Shown: piece after piece, positions 1 to 13,600 of the stretch
How positions within the stretch are numbered: position 1 is the stretch's first letter
Layout: every line of letters starts with the position of its first letter
Assembly (NCBI RefSeq): GCF_037042905.1
Contig: NC_087249.1
Location: forward strand, 7,256,001 to 7,320,000
Source of the DNA: Lytechinus pictus
Taxonomy: Eukaryota
DNA: 64,000 nt
Direction of reading: 5' to 3'
Notes under the pieces: model-generated
The model's input: the letters and a program-made list of their open reading frames with translations, nothing else
The model's database searches: none
What the model was told of the DNA's origin: nothing
Made by a program: the position numbers and the translations under genes

Positions 1-614
1 AGAAATGTTTACCTATCAGTGGTAATCAAATACATATATATCATAAACATGATAACATAAATCCTTGCTCATATCGAACCATTTTAATGCTTTCCTTTTT
101 TTCTTAAATTCGATAAAATATGAATGAAATTAGAGGCTTCGATTTAAAACATTTCCATTATTTTTGATAGGTTTATTACTCAATTCATATGTAGTTTTCT
201 TTTCAATTTTTGCTTTATTTTTGCGTCTGGTTTATTAACTTATTTTCTCGAATGCTGCCGACAATTACAAAAGAATTCAGGAGTGTGAAGCTATCAGGAT
301 GACTTTACACGACTTCAAATCTCCCCTGATGCTTTGAATAGCGCTTTGCTAGGATTCGAACTCGGGTCCTGCCAGTCGACAAACAATAACTCCACTTACC
401 ACTGAACCATATTGCATCCATTTAGTTTACTCAATTGAAAACTTAAAAAATATTCATCATCAGGGCCGCAAGAAAGGGACGGGGCGCACTTGGAAAAGTA
501 CATGTAAATGCCCCCCCCCCCCCCAAAAAAAAGTTCAGGTTTGAGTAACACTAATGCTACCCTTCTTTGAAAAAAAAATTGTAAAATTATTATGATAAAA
601 TTTACAGTATACTG

Positions 615-1636
615 GGGCCTGTTTCTCAACACCGTCATAAGTCTAACTTCTTGACTAAATCGGAGATAGTGAGCTACTTGTCCGCTAACCGTTTCACGAA
701 GCCCTCTTTACCAAGATCGGGTACAACAACCTCACTAAATATTTATGACACCTCCGAACCTGTCTTAACTTCTTTCTTAATGACGTAGTGGCATCACGTG
801 GGTAGACTATGACATGCGAAAGTGCCTAGAAATTTTAAAATTATAATCTTACGTAATCAATCATAGTGGTTTAAATTACATCACAAAACAAGTGGGTTGA
901 TGCATTCAATGATAATTGTAATACAAAGAAACCATAAAAACTGTTGGTAAACGCCACAAAACCATTCATTTTGAAATACTGGTAGTAAAATGATTTAATC
1001 GATAAAGATTCTACCACGTCAGGCCATCCATAACTGAGCTCGTATTTGTTGTTTTCAGACCCCTATTAACAGTTGGATGAATTCTATCTCTAATTTATGC
1101 ATATAATTTGTCCAATATCGTATCTTTCGGTATCAATGATTAAAAATGTTTCGTTAAACTATATTTTAATGACGTTTGGAATCGTAAAAGTCCGTATAAT
1201 TATCATTATTTTACAAAGAAAACCGTTACGGTTTACTTTCGTAAACTATTAAAATTGGGTCTCCGGGGGGTACCCATCTCAAGATTTTTTAGTAATGAAA
1301 TGAATTATTCATAATTTAATTTTCTCTGCAATTGAATGCTCCAGTCTTCATGGTCTAAGTATGTATGATGCATAATTCACCTGTGCTATTATTTTGAAAA
1401 GATTTATTTCCCAATTCATCATAATATTTGCAATTTTGTCATAATTTTTCTTTTTGAAAGTTATGATATTTTGTGACTAAGGCTACGTCTCGTCTGCTCT
1501 TTTTACCGATAGTATCGATATCAAGGTATTCTAGTTAGGAAGCCTTTCGAGAAACAGGTTTAGTAAGATTGGAACTAACTCCGTGGTTGGTGGATAAAGA
1601 TATGACTAACTTGTCCATGTGTTGAGAAACGGGCCC
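615..1636. mobile_element. Harbinger-like non-autonomous element
   Basis: TIR gggcctgtttctcaacac / gtgttgagaaacgggccc; 3-bp TSD CTG. Confidence 0.75.
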
Positions 1637-2795
1637 CTGAATGATAAAAATTTGTAAAAACCATACAAATATAATGTCCTAGATTTGTTCGTTGGTGCAT
1701 CTACGATGGTCTGAAGTAGCAAACAGAGGAAGTTTTCAAAATCGCATTAAAAAACGTTTTACCATGTATCTTAAACCCGGGATCTTAAAACGACATGCTT
1801 GCATTCATTTTATTACAGATCTGTATCAAAATGGTTTATACACGACGAATATTTTCAAGATCCTTTATCATAACTCTATAGTGCATTATGCATTACTCAT
1901 CGGCAATTGATAACAGCCTTATGAATCGCGACCCTTTCCATGAAATTGAATTCCTCGTGTACAACGTCCGTCCGCCCGCACGGTTGTCAAATTCTTTCTG
2001 CATGCTTTCTATATAGATTAAAACAACATAAACAAATTGATAAAATGTCCGCAAACGTCTGGCAGATTTCAAAGGAAAAGTCTAGAAAAATCCGGGTTCA
2101 GCCAATCTTACCCGGAGACGTGGTAGACAAGGAATTTAAACTAGGAAGACAATCATGGGAACAGACAGAAAAATATATAGGAATTAACGCAAAACGAGGC
2201 GGGAAAGAAGACAAGGAGTTATTGTCAAGAGCGCGCATTATTAGCTTTCTTCTGGCGAATTTCGGGTCAGGCTATGTTCTCCTTTATCCCTCGACGGCAC
2301 CACATATACATAAATTTCTAGAGCAAACAAATGCAATTATTACCGAGTTGGGGTAGCTCTCCTTCCCATTCTCCCCTTCTCTCTTCTCGTATCTCTCCCT
2401 CTCCCGAAGTCTCTCACTTTCTCATTCACTCCCAATGTCTCTTTTCCCTTCTCTCTCCCGACGTCTCCCACTTTCTCTCTATCTCACTCCCTCCTCTCTC
2501 TATGCCTTTAAGAAAATATTAATTTTATTCATACAGACCTATTTCAAGATATATGCGTTATGAAATAAATGGAGCTTCGAACAAGAGCTACACATCTTTT
2601 TCTGACCTCAAATACTTAAATAAGTATAATACGAGGAGAGAAGAAAACAAACCCAAGACAATGCAATATTTCGGGCAATATTCTCAAAGCTACATGATTT
2701 TGATAGATTTTGAGTGGAAATAGGTACTTTCATAGCTTGCCTTCAATAGAAATTAAAGAAATGAGAACATTTTGGAACAATAAGACAAATACATA

Positions 2796-3430
2796 CACTA
2801 CAAAAACGCCGGTGTTAATTTAACACCAGCCTGGTATCTATATCGGAACACACAAGAGAAGTGTTGAAACAACACCACTTTAGAATCAGACCGATGCTGG
2901 CTTAACACTAATTAATTAGTGTTGCTTAAATGCCAAACCAGTGTTGTTTCAACACCTGTCTGGTGTGTTCCAATATAGATACCAGGCTAGTGTAAGATGA
3001 AAACAACCAACAGCAACAAAACATGGTGGAATTTTATTTTGTTTGTTCATCACATGTTTCATTTTATTTGAAATATTGAATACTGAATTTTCTTGATACA
3101 AAATGAAAACTTATTTCATAAAAAAATAAAATGCTTGCACTGGGCAAATGCGTATGTAGACATTGTAGGCATTTAAGTACAAAGAAAACAGGCTGCAGAA
3201 ACATCGGTGTTAATTTAACACCAGCCCGGCATCCATATTGGAAAACACCAGAGAAGTGTTAAAAGAGCACCAGTAAGAATCAAACCAATGCTGTTTTGAA
3301 ACCAATTGGTGTTGTATAAACACCTATCTGGTGTTAGCCTGAAGCTGAAGTGGTGTTGTTTCAACACCTCTAGTGTTTTACGATATAGATTCCGGGCTGG
3401 TGTTAAATTAACATCGGCACTTTTGCAGTG
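2796..3430. mobile_element. Two adjacent palindromic CACT(A/G)-type MITE copies (about 2796-2995 and 3192-3430); third copy at 54988-55228
   Basis: cact(a/g)caaaaa..ggtgttaatttaacaccagc termini, internal aacacc/ggtgtt repeats, ttttgcagtg end. The 55-kb copy is flanked by TA. Confidence 0.78.
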
Positions 3431-4549
3431 CACCAAAAATAGTGAATTCATATGCATTGTCAAATAAAAAATTGTGCTTAGCGTGAACTATGTTGATAGG
3501 AGATAATTATTAATCCCATAAATCATGAAAGCTTATAACAATAAGAAAAATAATTGGGTGATGTAAATTTTGGCAATCTCTAAACCATGCTTTGGTGGTT
3601 TTAAAGACAATCACATATAAATTACACTGTGTATATCACTTTAGCATCAATTTCTGTTCAATTCAGAATGTATACACTATGTCCACCCTAATTATACCCT
3701 AAATTCAAATTAGACATTAGATGGCAGCCTTCCCAGTTATATTTGACACTGCGAAATAAATCCTAACTAATTGATACAGCAACTTTGCAGTTTTTGATGA
3801 CATTGGCCTTCATCCAAAAAAGTGAATAATTACTATTGTGATCAGTTAAATAACAATAATTAGTAATGGTGTAAGTGGAGGATTAAAAATATGCAATTCT
3901 TCATTGCAAAATGGATGAGATTAGTATGATGTCATCATAGAAAAAAGAAAATACAGCATCTTTGTCTGTGTTCATTTTTTCTTCTCACAACAATTTCAAG
4001 ACAAATTATTTAATTTGTAACATATCTTGCATCTTGTATTGTATCTTGCATATACATGTATATATTTTTCATATGAATTTTTACTTTATTCACATAAATG
4101 AAAACTTTTCTGCAGATTCAATAATCAAATTGTTAAATTCATATTGTAACTCAACAGCGAAGAATTCAAAGTAAAAGTCATACAATGCTTCTGATACTAC
4201 AATGTACCACATGTGGTATCAATTAATCTATGTTTATAAAATGTCAGAGGAATACTTTCAAGACATCACATTGATGGAGAGCCTTGCCCAAGGTTGTTCC
4301 ACAAAGCAACAAGTACAAGCCGCATGCATACAAAATGGAATCAAATACACGAAACACGTTTGGGGCAAATTTTGCCTTTGGCAACTAATAAATAAAAAAA
4401 GGTATCTGCACTTATTAATACAAATAAAAATATGGTCCACTTGAACCCATTCCTTTATGAGACACTTGTACAATTCGTTCGTGTCAATATGAAATGATAA
4501 CATCTTGTGATTGCACTTTTTTCTGCTTGATTTCTTTCGTCCATTTTAG

Positions 4550-4748
4550 AGATAACGCAGACGTCCCTCAGAGCTGCCAAGGCCAGTGCCAGCACACGTC
4601 GTGTTTAGCGTGTCAGTTCATAGCGGAGGAGCCGGACTGCGGCCGCTGCACAACGGACGATTTCAGGTGTATTCGGCGCTACGCTAAGTGCCTACGACGA
4701 AACCACTGCTCAAAGCGTTACTTCCCCTGCCTCCTGAAAGAAACAACA
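4550..4748 (+). CDS. Penultimate coding exon of an unidentified cysteine-rich protein (upstream exons not found in window)
   Basis: Polypyrimidine tract and ttttag acceptor, gtaagt donor at 4749. GC-rich open frame DNADVPQSCQGQCQHTSCLACQFIAEEPDCGRCTTDDFRCIRRYAKCLRRNHCSKRYFPCLLKETT (10 Cys). Phase 0 end matches the next exon. Confidence 0.8.
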
Positions 4749-5157
4749 GTAAGTTGACAAAAGAAAAGAATTTCAATAATATTGAAGTGATTTATAAGTA
4801 AGATTTATTTGTTAGTATGAGGGAAAGTGCATGAATGATCAAAAGGGATAAAATGTACAATCTTTGTAAACGATTTTATTCCATCGAAGCTTAGAAAAAA
4901 AAAATATTTGATGGAAATTGTAATACAACCATAAAAGAGTACTAAATCTGCTATTGGGTCAAAAGTAGAAGGGTATTCTAAGCAATCTAAGATTGCTATA
5001 TCAGTCTTTCAGTAGTCAAATCTGAAATAATATGAAATATGGTTCGGTGACAAAGCGGTTTGTTATATCCTGACTCCATTTTCCTTTGATATGATTGCTA
5101 ATTCAATTCCCTCTTCTTCTTTTTTTTTTCTCTCTCTCTCTTTCATTTTCATTGTAG

Positions 5158-5211
5158 GATATAACCGGCAAATTTCAATGTAAAGTTCCAGAATGCAGCA
5201 CCAGTTTATAA
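5158..5211 (+). CDS. Terminal coding exon of the same Cys-rich protein (DITGKFQCKVPECSTSL*)
   Basis: Long pyrimidine tract and tgtag acceptor at 5156-5157. In frame with the previous exon; TAA at 5209-5211; AATAAA signals downstream. Confidence 0.75.
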   Translation, partial: DITGKFQCKVPECSTSL

Positions 5212-6688
5212 GAGTTTGCATCACCTTCAATCATCGTACAGATCACCTGCATCTTTAAATTGGCAACAGTTAGCAATCTCTTTCATAGTTTGTAAGCACA
5301 GTGTCAAGAGGTTTATAAGTAGAAAACTACTAAATATGATTAGTGGATAAATCCTACCACTTCCTGGAATGCACTGACTTATAACGAGATGAAATTGAAC
5401 ATTTCAATTACATTGGTTTAATGTTTTTTTCTTTTTTTTTCAATTTGTATTGTTGGACAAAGCAAGGTGGGGGAGGACTGGTCGGGGGGCACTGCTAATG
5501 TTAGGTGGACACCATGCTCGTACATGGAAGCATGTAAAAACTAAAAAGTGTGTTTTTGGTGGCCGGGAGATGAACTTGTTTTAAGTGAAAAAGGAATGAC
5601 AGTGCCCCCCCCCCCCCCCGGAAATACAATCAGCAAAATTATCAAATAGTGTATTGCATGTACCAGGATAATGAAGGAGGCTTTCAAAAACAAAAAGGTG
5701 CCCATAAGGACACATCTATATAGTTTGAAATAAGAATAAATAAGAAAACGGAAATCATGTTTAGGCAGGAGACATTTGTTAAGCACAAATGGAAAATATC
5801 TATTGTAATGTAATGAATCAATATAATTGAAAATTAAAATATTTTAAAACAATCAGTGGTATGGTGGGTATACTGTAAGCTGACAGGAAAATTTGTGGTG
5901 GTTTCAATCTTCATGTATTCCAATTTTACAAAAAAGAAGATTGTCAAGAACCATTAAAACATCCTAGAAGAAGAATCCTTTCTATCTAAAACTATTGTCG
6001 TTTCAACCTTCAATGATTCAGATTTTACAAAAGTAAGAACTCCCAAGAAAACATCTTAGAAAAAAAAATCTTTTTCTATTTCTATTGTGCTAAAAGAGAA
6101 TTGAAGGAGCAATGGCTTTCATTCATATGTAATCATCACTTCAGACAAGTTTATGCATTTTTTTCTGAAATAAAATATTCTAACAAAATATCAAGAGAGA
6201 TACTATTTTAATTAAATAAATCAAGCTCTGGCAAAAATGCTGTATTCTTGACAAAGTGGTCCTTGATTTCCTCCAAGAATATTCACTATTTCCTAAAACT
6301 AATATATATGTAGGTACATCTAAGGAAATGCTAGAAATTATTTGACAATTGTGAATCGTACTGTAAATAATGTAGGCTTTTATTTATTGAATATGAATTA
6401 ATGAAACCATGCTAATTGTACATACTTGGACGAATGCAAAGTGATGTGAATATAAAATGTTTAACATCTGTGATTTTTTGTTATGAATTGTAAATTTGCT
6501 AATGACATGGTTCTGAAAGAAAAAGAAAAAAAAGGTCATCTGGGGCCCATACACAAAGCTTAGCAATCACTGTAGAACATTTTTTTAACGATTGATTGCA
6601 TAGACTATGATGTACAATTGATCGTGGAAATTAAGTGTACGATTAATCGCTATCCTTTGTGTTACGGTACCCAGAAGTTAAACTCTTT

Positions 6689-6999
6689 GGCCCGTATTCT
6701 GAAGTCGGGTTTAACTTAGACCATGGTCTAACTCTGTCCTAAAATTATGGGAAGCAAAAAGTGTCAAAATTTGTATTGCATTGTGTATTTCTTATGTTTA
6801 CTGTCTTTCCTGGTTCTTTGATTGTGAAGACAATTATCTATAATTCATAATTCCTAGACAATTGAGAATGATTTGAGAGTCAAATGAGCTGAAATATGAT
6901 ATCTCTACTGTTAGTTATTTATTTCACAATTGGCTTTCCATACTTAAACCACAACTTTAAACCTGAGTTTCAATTAAACCCTACTTCCGAATACGGGCC
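6689..6999. mobile_element. Harbinger-like MITE (311 bp); inverted sister copy at 36834-37144
   Basis: TIR ggcccgtatt / aatacgggcc; TSD TTT here and AAT at the second copy. Confidence 0.88.
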
Positions 7000-7410
7000 T
7001 TTGGGTGTTATTCTGATAGCCATGGTTTAGTCAAACCTGGGTTAACTTAGACCACCCTTTTATGGAGTGCCAGTTGTCAACTCATTCACCAATCAAAATT
7101 ATTCTTATCCTGCTGCAAAAAGTTGTCAAAAAGTTTGATTAAATAAATAAACAAATGAATGTACAAATAAATAAACGAATAAGGACAAGAAAAAAATAAA
7201 TAAATAAAATATGAATTAATCAATACACAGTAATTGCCATAAAATCAAAGAAATATTATGAAGCCCTGCATTGCATATAGAAGTTTGGTTTCATATTCTA
7301 AGTTTAGACTAGGGTTAAACCTAGGTATAATTAACAGAATTTTCTTTGCCCAAGAGTTAGAGGGAAAGTGACCAAAGTATTATAATTTAGAGATGTCAGA
7401 CTGAGGCGCC

Positions 7411-7982
7411 TTAAAGATGAAGTTCACCCTGAAGAAAAGTTTATTGTAAAAATAGCAGAAAAATATTAAAAATATTGGCGAAGGTTGAGGAAAATCCATT
7501 AAAGATTAAGAAAGTTATCAAAATTTTAAGTTTGTGAGTTGTGACGTCATATACGAGCAGCTGCCCAATATGCTATATAAAATGCATAAATTTCAATTTT
7601 TCAGTGACTAAATATTTTCTTCTTTTAGGAGGGGGTGTGAAATAATTTTTTGATAAACTAAATGTACAATAAAATCCATTTTCAATTTTATCAGAAAATT
7701 ATATTTTATTGATTTTTTAAATTCACGATAATTTGAAAGTTCAAATTACCTCACTATGGCACCTTGCACTGATACACAGAATGTTTTCATCCCAGGATAG
7801 CTTTGAAGCTGCTGAAAGGGATTACTCTTCAAGGTTCAAGGCTGCTCGCATATGATGTCCAAAAAAAAAAAAAAAAATCTAATGATTTTTTAAATCTTTG
7901 GATTTAACCTTCACTTATATTTTAAAATAATTTTCTGCTATTTCTACAATAAACTTTTTGTCAGGGTGAACTTCCCCTTTAA
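7411..7982. mobile_element. TTAA-flanked (Kolobok-like) MITE
   Basis: ttaaagatgaagttcaccctga ... tcagggtgaacttcccctttaa with long internal inverted symmetry. Confidence 0.8.
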
Positions 7983-8122
7983 ATCGTGGATATTTGTTTA
8001 ATAGCTTCATGCTTAAATGTTGTTAGGAAAAATAGAAGGACCTCCTTTCATTCCCTCCTGTAACAATAACAACAACAACAAGGGTTAAATATTGGACCTG
8101 AACGCAATAAAGAAAAATCCAT

Positions 8123-8340
8123 CGTCATGGTCTAGTGGTTATGACTCTTGTTTTTCAATCTGAGGGGCGTGGGTTCGATTCCAAGCCATGGCGTGTTTTC
8201 CTTCAGCAAGAAATTTACCCATATTGTGTTGCACTCAACCCTGGTGAGGTGAATGGGTACCGGGTAGGAAGAAATTGCATGAATGCTTGAGCACCAAATA
8301 AATGCAGCTGTGCTAAAGTCGGGGTAATTATAACAATATC
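8123..8340 (+). mobile_element. tRNA-derived SINE; same family on minus strand at about 27005-27170 and 33790-34060
   Basis: A box tggtctagtgg, B box ggttcgattcc, shared body tgcactcaaccc.ggtgaggt.aatgg.tac. Confidence 0.85.
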
Positions 8341-9139
8341 ATGATTTATATAGAATATAAGAAAGGCCCGCTGGGAGTACAGTCTTTGGAAATTAAGTGG
8401 TCATCTTGCGTAAAATGTATGTTATTTTTATTATTATCAAACTGCACAACAGTGAAGAGAATAAAACCAACTACAAAAAATGTATGAATAATGAACAAAA
8501 TAACAATGGAGATACATTCTTGTTTTATTGAGGAAGTGCTTTGAGTTTATGTGACAATGTTATCATATTCATGTTTTTGACTGACTTTGTATTATGACTT
8601 TATTTGCTTTGTTTCCAAAGTTGAAATGATGAATTCCTGATATTATTGTGGTTTTGTGTGAATTATTGTTACTTTTGTACATATTGTTATTTATTTGCAT
8701 AATAAAATGCTAAATTAAAGCTCAAGCTTTTTTCTCTTTAAATCGTGTTCTGCATGTTACGTCTTTTTATACGCTCATATGTGTGATAAATGCAATGACA
8801 AGTTATGGGCAAATGGAAATTTATATTAAGAAAATTGGCTCACAAATTTGTCATTAATGCAATAAAAACAAAGCAAATATTAGATTCTCATAAAAAATAT
8901 AATAAAGTGTTTGTAATGAAGGGGGTGGGGGAAGGGTACTCTCATTACTATATTGATAAAAAGATATACAAACCTGGAACAAGAGTAAAAAAAATTACAA
9001 TAAAGTTCATATTCACGGCTACCTATTCATAAAAGTATTTCAACAGTCAAAACTGGATAAAAAACAGAAAGCCATGTAGTTTTATTTGAGGTGACAGAAA
9101 AAAAGACACAATAAACAATTACAAGAAATGGTAGCATGC

Positions 9140-10110
9140 AATGATGGAGAAAGGGAGGGAGAGAGAGGAATGGAGAGGGAGAGCGGATAGGGGGGGGGGG
9201 GACACAAAGGAATAGAGAGTGAGCATGGTGACAGGGATAAAAACAGGTAGAGATAAATAGATAGATGGATGGATGGATGGATGGACGGACGGACAGACAG
9301 ACAGACAGATATGGGAAAAGGAGAGAGGGGTGGAGAGATAAGATAGAAAGAGGATGAGATTGTAAGAGAAAGAGGGAGGGGGGGGGGTAGAAAAATATAG
9401 TGTGTGAGAGAGAGAGAGAGAGAGAAATGGAAAGAAGACACTGTCTAGAGAGACAGACATGGAGCAAATGATAGAGAAAGGTAGACAAAGACAAATGAGA
9501 AAATAGTGAACAATATATTAAACATTTCAGAAAAGATGGGATAAAGGCACCTGTCAATTTTCAGACCTGTAAAATATACAAGTTTGACAAAAGAGGAACA
9601 GCCAGAAAGAGAAAAAGATAGAAACATGTAAAAAAGAGTAAAATGAGAGAAAGACAGAGAGATAATATACAGACAATAAAAAAAAAAATTGGAGAGGGGG
9701 AAAACAGAAGTGAGACAGACAGGAATGGAAGAAAAATAAAAATATGAAGAGTAAATAAATAAAGGAATAAATAAATATATATATATAAATAAGTAAATGA
9801 ATTAGTAGATAAATGAATAAATAAATGAATAGATAAATAAATAGATAATTAAAATAAATAAATAAATTGAATAGAATAAGTAAATAAAATACAATAAATA
9901 AAAAAAAAATGAATGAATGAATAAATAAATTAATACATAAACATATAAATAAATAAATAAAAAAGAATAAATAAATAAGAGAGGATAAACACAAAAGGTA
10001 GAGAAAAGAGAACCAGACAAATGGAGTGCAAGGAAGAAATCAAGGAAGATAATCAAAGCTATGTATAGGGGAAATAGAAAGAAAAGAGGGTAGAAATATA
10101 AAGACATAAG
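9140..10110. repeat. Low-complexity purine-rich and microsatellite block (GATA/GATG/GACG/GACA, GA, AAAT)
   Basis: Read directly from the sequence. Confidence 0.92.
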
Positions 10111-10406
10111 AAGGATAAACTGGAATCTGGATCATTTCATAAAACTTGTTATAATAACAAATTGCAATAACAGTTAAAAGCTACTGAAATCCTTCAATCT
10201 GATTGGCTGATAATAATTTTGTTATAGAAATTGTGCAATTGTTATTATAAAAATTCATTATGAAATGGGACCCAGGAGTGATATTTTGATCAAGTACATG
10301 TATTTGATTTACTCTACATGTACATCGAAGTGATGTTTATCATCACATTCTTCCCTATAACTATTCAGAATTTGAAACTCAGGTGACAGTTAAACTTTCT
10401 TTTGAA

Positions 10407-10640
10407 GTAACTCCTGTAGGAACTCAGCGGCACAGCTTTCCATCATCGCATTAAGCCAAGCTGGTAAAAACCAATAACATAGGAATAATTTCCCATCTAA
10501 TTTAATCAGTGATAGTCGCTGACCTTAAAGACGACAGAAATTACTCCAGGGCCTTTCAGGTTGAAGTGGAGATAATGGCTAAGCGGGGATTTGAACCCAC
10601 AACCACAAGTCCAATGCTCTAACCACTAGACCACACAACC
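10407..10640 (-). mobile_element. Second tRNA-derived SINE family; sister copy at about 24665-24905 (-)
   Basis: A/B boxes on the minus strand; shared gtaactcctg.aggaactc.gc..gccaagctggta body. Confidence 0.8.
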
Positions 10641-13600
10641 CATGTTGACATTTAATTTTCAGCTTTTCTATCAAGACTTGAGTGTTGGACGATGGTGAGA
10701 GAAAGGAAAAAAAATCAATGTTTTACAGGAAACTTTGCGAGTGATTCACACATCCAAACCGTCAGGGTTGCATAGAGATGATTCTAAGTGTGCCACAGGG
10801 CGCTAGGGTGAATGAAGTTTCACACCCCTCACTGAATTCTGACAGATCAGGAATGCGTTCCCACTGGAACCAATCCAAAAGGTAAACCGTCTTATGAAAG
10901 TGTGAACTGAGATATTAAGAAGTCCCAAATGATCTTGTCTGATGGTTGCTTCAACAAAATATACATTTGCAAATTCTATAGAAAGCTACATTTCAGGTAA
11001 CCAACACACCCTAGGGAATTTTGTAAGCCAATTTGATTTAACCAACTATTATTCATTAAAAAAAATCCCAATTTATGTTGCATTTAATTTTGTTTTAACC
11101 GACTGCTGATTGGTTCATACATATGAACCAACCTGGAGGTTGGTTAAAACACTTCCGAAAGTGTGCGAAGTCCATCATAGAAATCTATTCTAAAAATTGA
11201 GGATCTCTCAAAGTTTCATGACCCAATATGAGCATAAATCTGGCACGAATCCTTATAACATTCTAGTCTCATTAATCATAGCTTTTCCTCACATCATGTC
11301 TCATATCACCTACACTCTTAAAGAGTACTAATGGTCAAGGTAACCAATCTGTTAGGTGTCTGATCAATGAAAATGGTCAAAATCAACAACAATTTTCTGG
11401 TAGATTCTAACCAATAAATTGGTTGATTTTGACCAATTTGTTGGCAGGACATACAGTATTCGCCAACACGTTGGTTAATTTGACCAATCCTGTAGAAGAA
11501 GGTTGCCTTGACCAAGGGCCCCATGGTCTGAGTACGTCCATTAACCAGTCATTAAGCCATTGACTCCTAAATCATGTTACTCCAATAAGTTTTGTACAGG
11601 AACCAACTAGTTCTACAAGATATTGCATTATTTTCTAGTTGCTACTCTACACTCAGGTGTGATATGCCTGGCTACCAAGTAGATTGCTCAGCACTGTGAG
11701 TGACATGCAATGGACCTTATGCCTTGACGTCATCGCACCGCCATTTTAGAGGCTGAAGCTACTGCCTTGCATGCATTGGTGATCTGCAGCTGGCGCATCT
11801 CTGACAACTCTGTTTATGCGTATTCCTTTATCCTCTGAGGGAGGGCGCTATGAGATTATAACGTCATATGCATAAAGTCTATAGGTGTGGCTGGAATGCT
11901 ACCCTGAGAGTGGAGAATGTTTATTGTGAGTGAGCAAACCTTAATCAAATTCTATCTCCATGCAATCAATTATTAGGTTAATAATGGCCTGACGAAATAT
12001 ACATCTTTTCTAATGTTCAGGGGTGTGAGTGGTCACAAATAAAAAGATCTGAAAAAAGCTGAAACTTGTAGAAAAAGTCTGAAATAGAAAGATCTCCCAT
12101 ACTTTTTGTACAGAGGAAAGCCAAAAATAAGCTGAAATTAAGCTGAAAATCCAAACGAAAAAAAATCTGAAATCAGATAAAAATCTGAACTCGAGCACAC
12201 CCCTGAATGTTGTATCCACGATAGAAATGATTGAAGTACCCAAAACTGCAAAACCTGTAAGTAGCTGGCAGAGAATCTGCAGGATTCTTCAACTTCCCTG
12301 GCCCACATACAGAGACTACCAGATCCTTATATGACCCAATGATAACGGAAGCCAAATTTTCATCAATCATATTAACGAGTTTTCGCAACAGCCCTGGGAT
12401 GAATTCTACAACACAGTAAATCTATCGAAAATGCCTGTCAAATCACAATGAACAGCTTATAGAGATCTTTGTTGAAAATTGGTGAACTGAGACAGCAGAT
12501 TGTCCTAAAATTCAGAGCTGATGAAAAATTGCAAATATACATGTCGTTTGTTCAGAGTATATGAAGACACTGCTATTTTTATTCAAAGATTTTTGACAAA
12601 GGCTGATTTGTCATGAAGGGCTTTTGACAATAGATTCTTAATGCTCCAGGTAGTGTCTGCGTAGTGGTTGCGAAAACTCCCTAATTAGGGAATAGGAGAA
12701 ACAATGATTGAAGGAAGCTTCAAGTTCAGTGATCAAAATGTTGAAGCTTCGCAGAGTGCAGTTGATTAAGCTTTCACAGTGTGAACGTGGCCCAGCTGGA
12801 GTTCAGTGATTAAATCATGGAAGCTCTCGGCATGTGAACGTAGCCATTGTGGAAGAGACAGGGGGAGAAGTTTCAGCTTGTCAGGCCTAATCAAGCCTAG
12901 CAAAAGGAGATTGTCTGTGAGTTATCTACTGATAGAGAGAACATGAGGGAATGCCCCAAGAGTCGAGCAGCTACTGCGCTGCCAAGATCACTCTGGGCTG
13001 TCGGATGAAGGATTGAGTGGAGAAAAGTCTTAATCAGTCAAGATGTTCAGATTACATCACTCTTGGAGCGGTTGCCGACGACGTTCCTCCTATTATCCAC
13101 TTGTCACCAGAACTACCTGAAGGTGTTTGAATGCAGGAAGCGCCAGTTATTGTTGGTGAGATGCGAACGACATGCCAACCTTGTATCCCGATTTGAGGGG
13201 GAAACAGACCCAGATATTTCCAGATAAAACTGTCAATTCCTTGTTGAAATACTAAACAAACTCTCTTGACCTGATGATTTAAGGACATGTGCCTTTGATC
13301 AACAGTCATCTAACCCAAAATATTGACAGCTGAAAATTAAGTAATTGGAAATTTCAGATAAAGCTGAAAAGTTCCCCCAGGATACAGGAAACACAAATTT
13401 TCAATTTCATTTACGTATTGGGGGAAAAATGTTAAAGTTTTATATACAGTTGTCACTTGTCAAGTATTAATTGAAGATTAAAGTAAAATGAATACTTCAC
13501 ATTCCCAAGAAATCACCCCCAAATTTGTTTAATCAACAATGCACTAATAGAACAAAAGTTAAAATTTATAATATAATTTGGCAATTTCAAAGCAGGAAGG

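Noticed and set aside
1940..2356. 138-aa plus-strand ORF upstream of the Cys-rich exons
   Set aside because: No recognisable motif and no convincing splice link to the exon at 4550.
8123..8210. tRNA-like sequences (also 347-416, 10570-10640, 24830-24905, 38395-38462, 41162-41230)
   Set aside because: A/B boxes are present, but the cloverleaves are imperfect and most continue into SINE-type bodies, so these are SINE heads and not tRNA genes.
9027..10107. Cluster of long hydrophobic or Ser/Leu-rich ORFs
   Set aside because: They are translations of microsatellite and low-complexity DNA; the same applies at 16299-16744.
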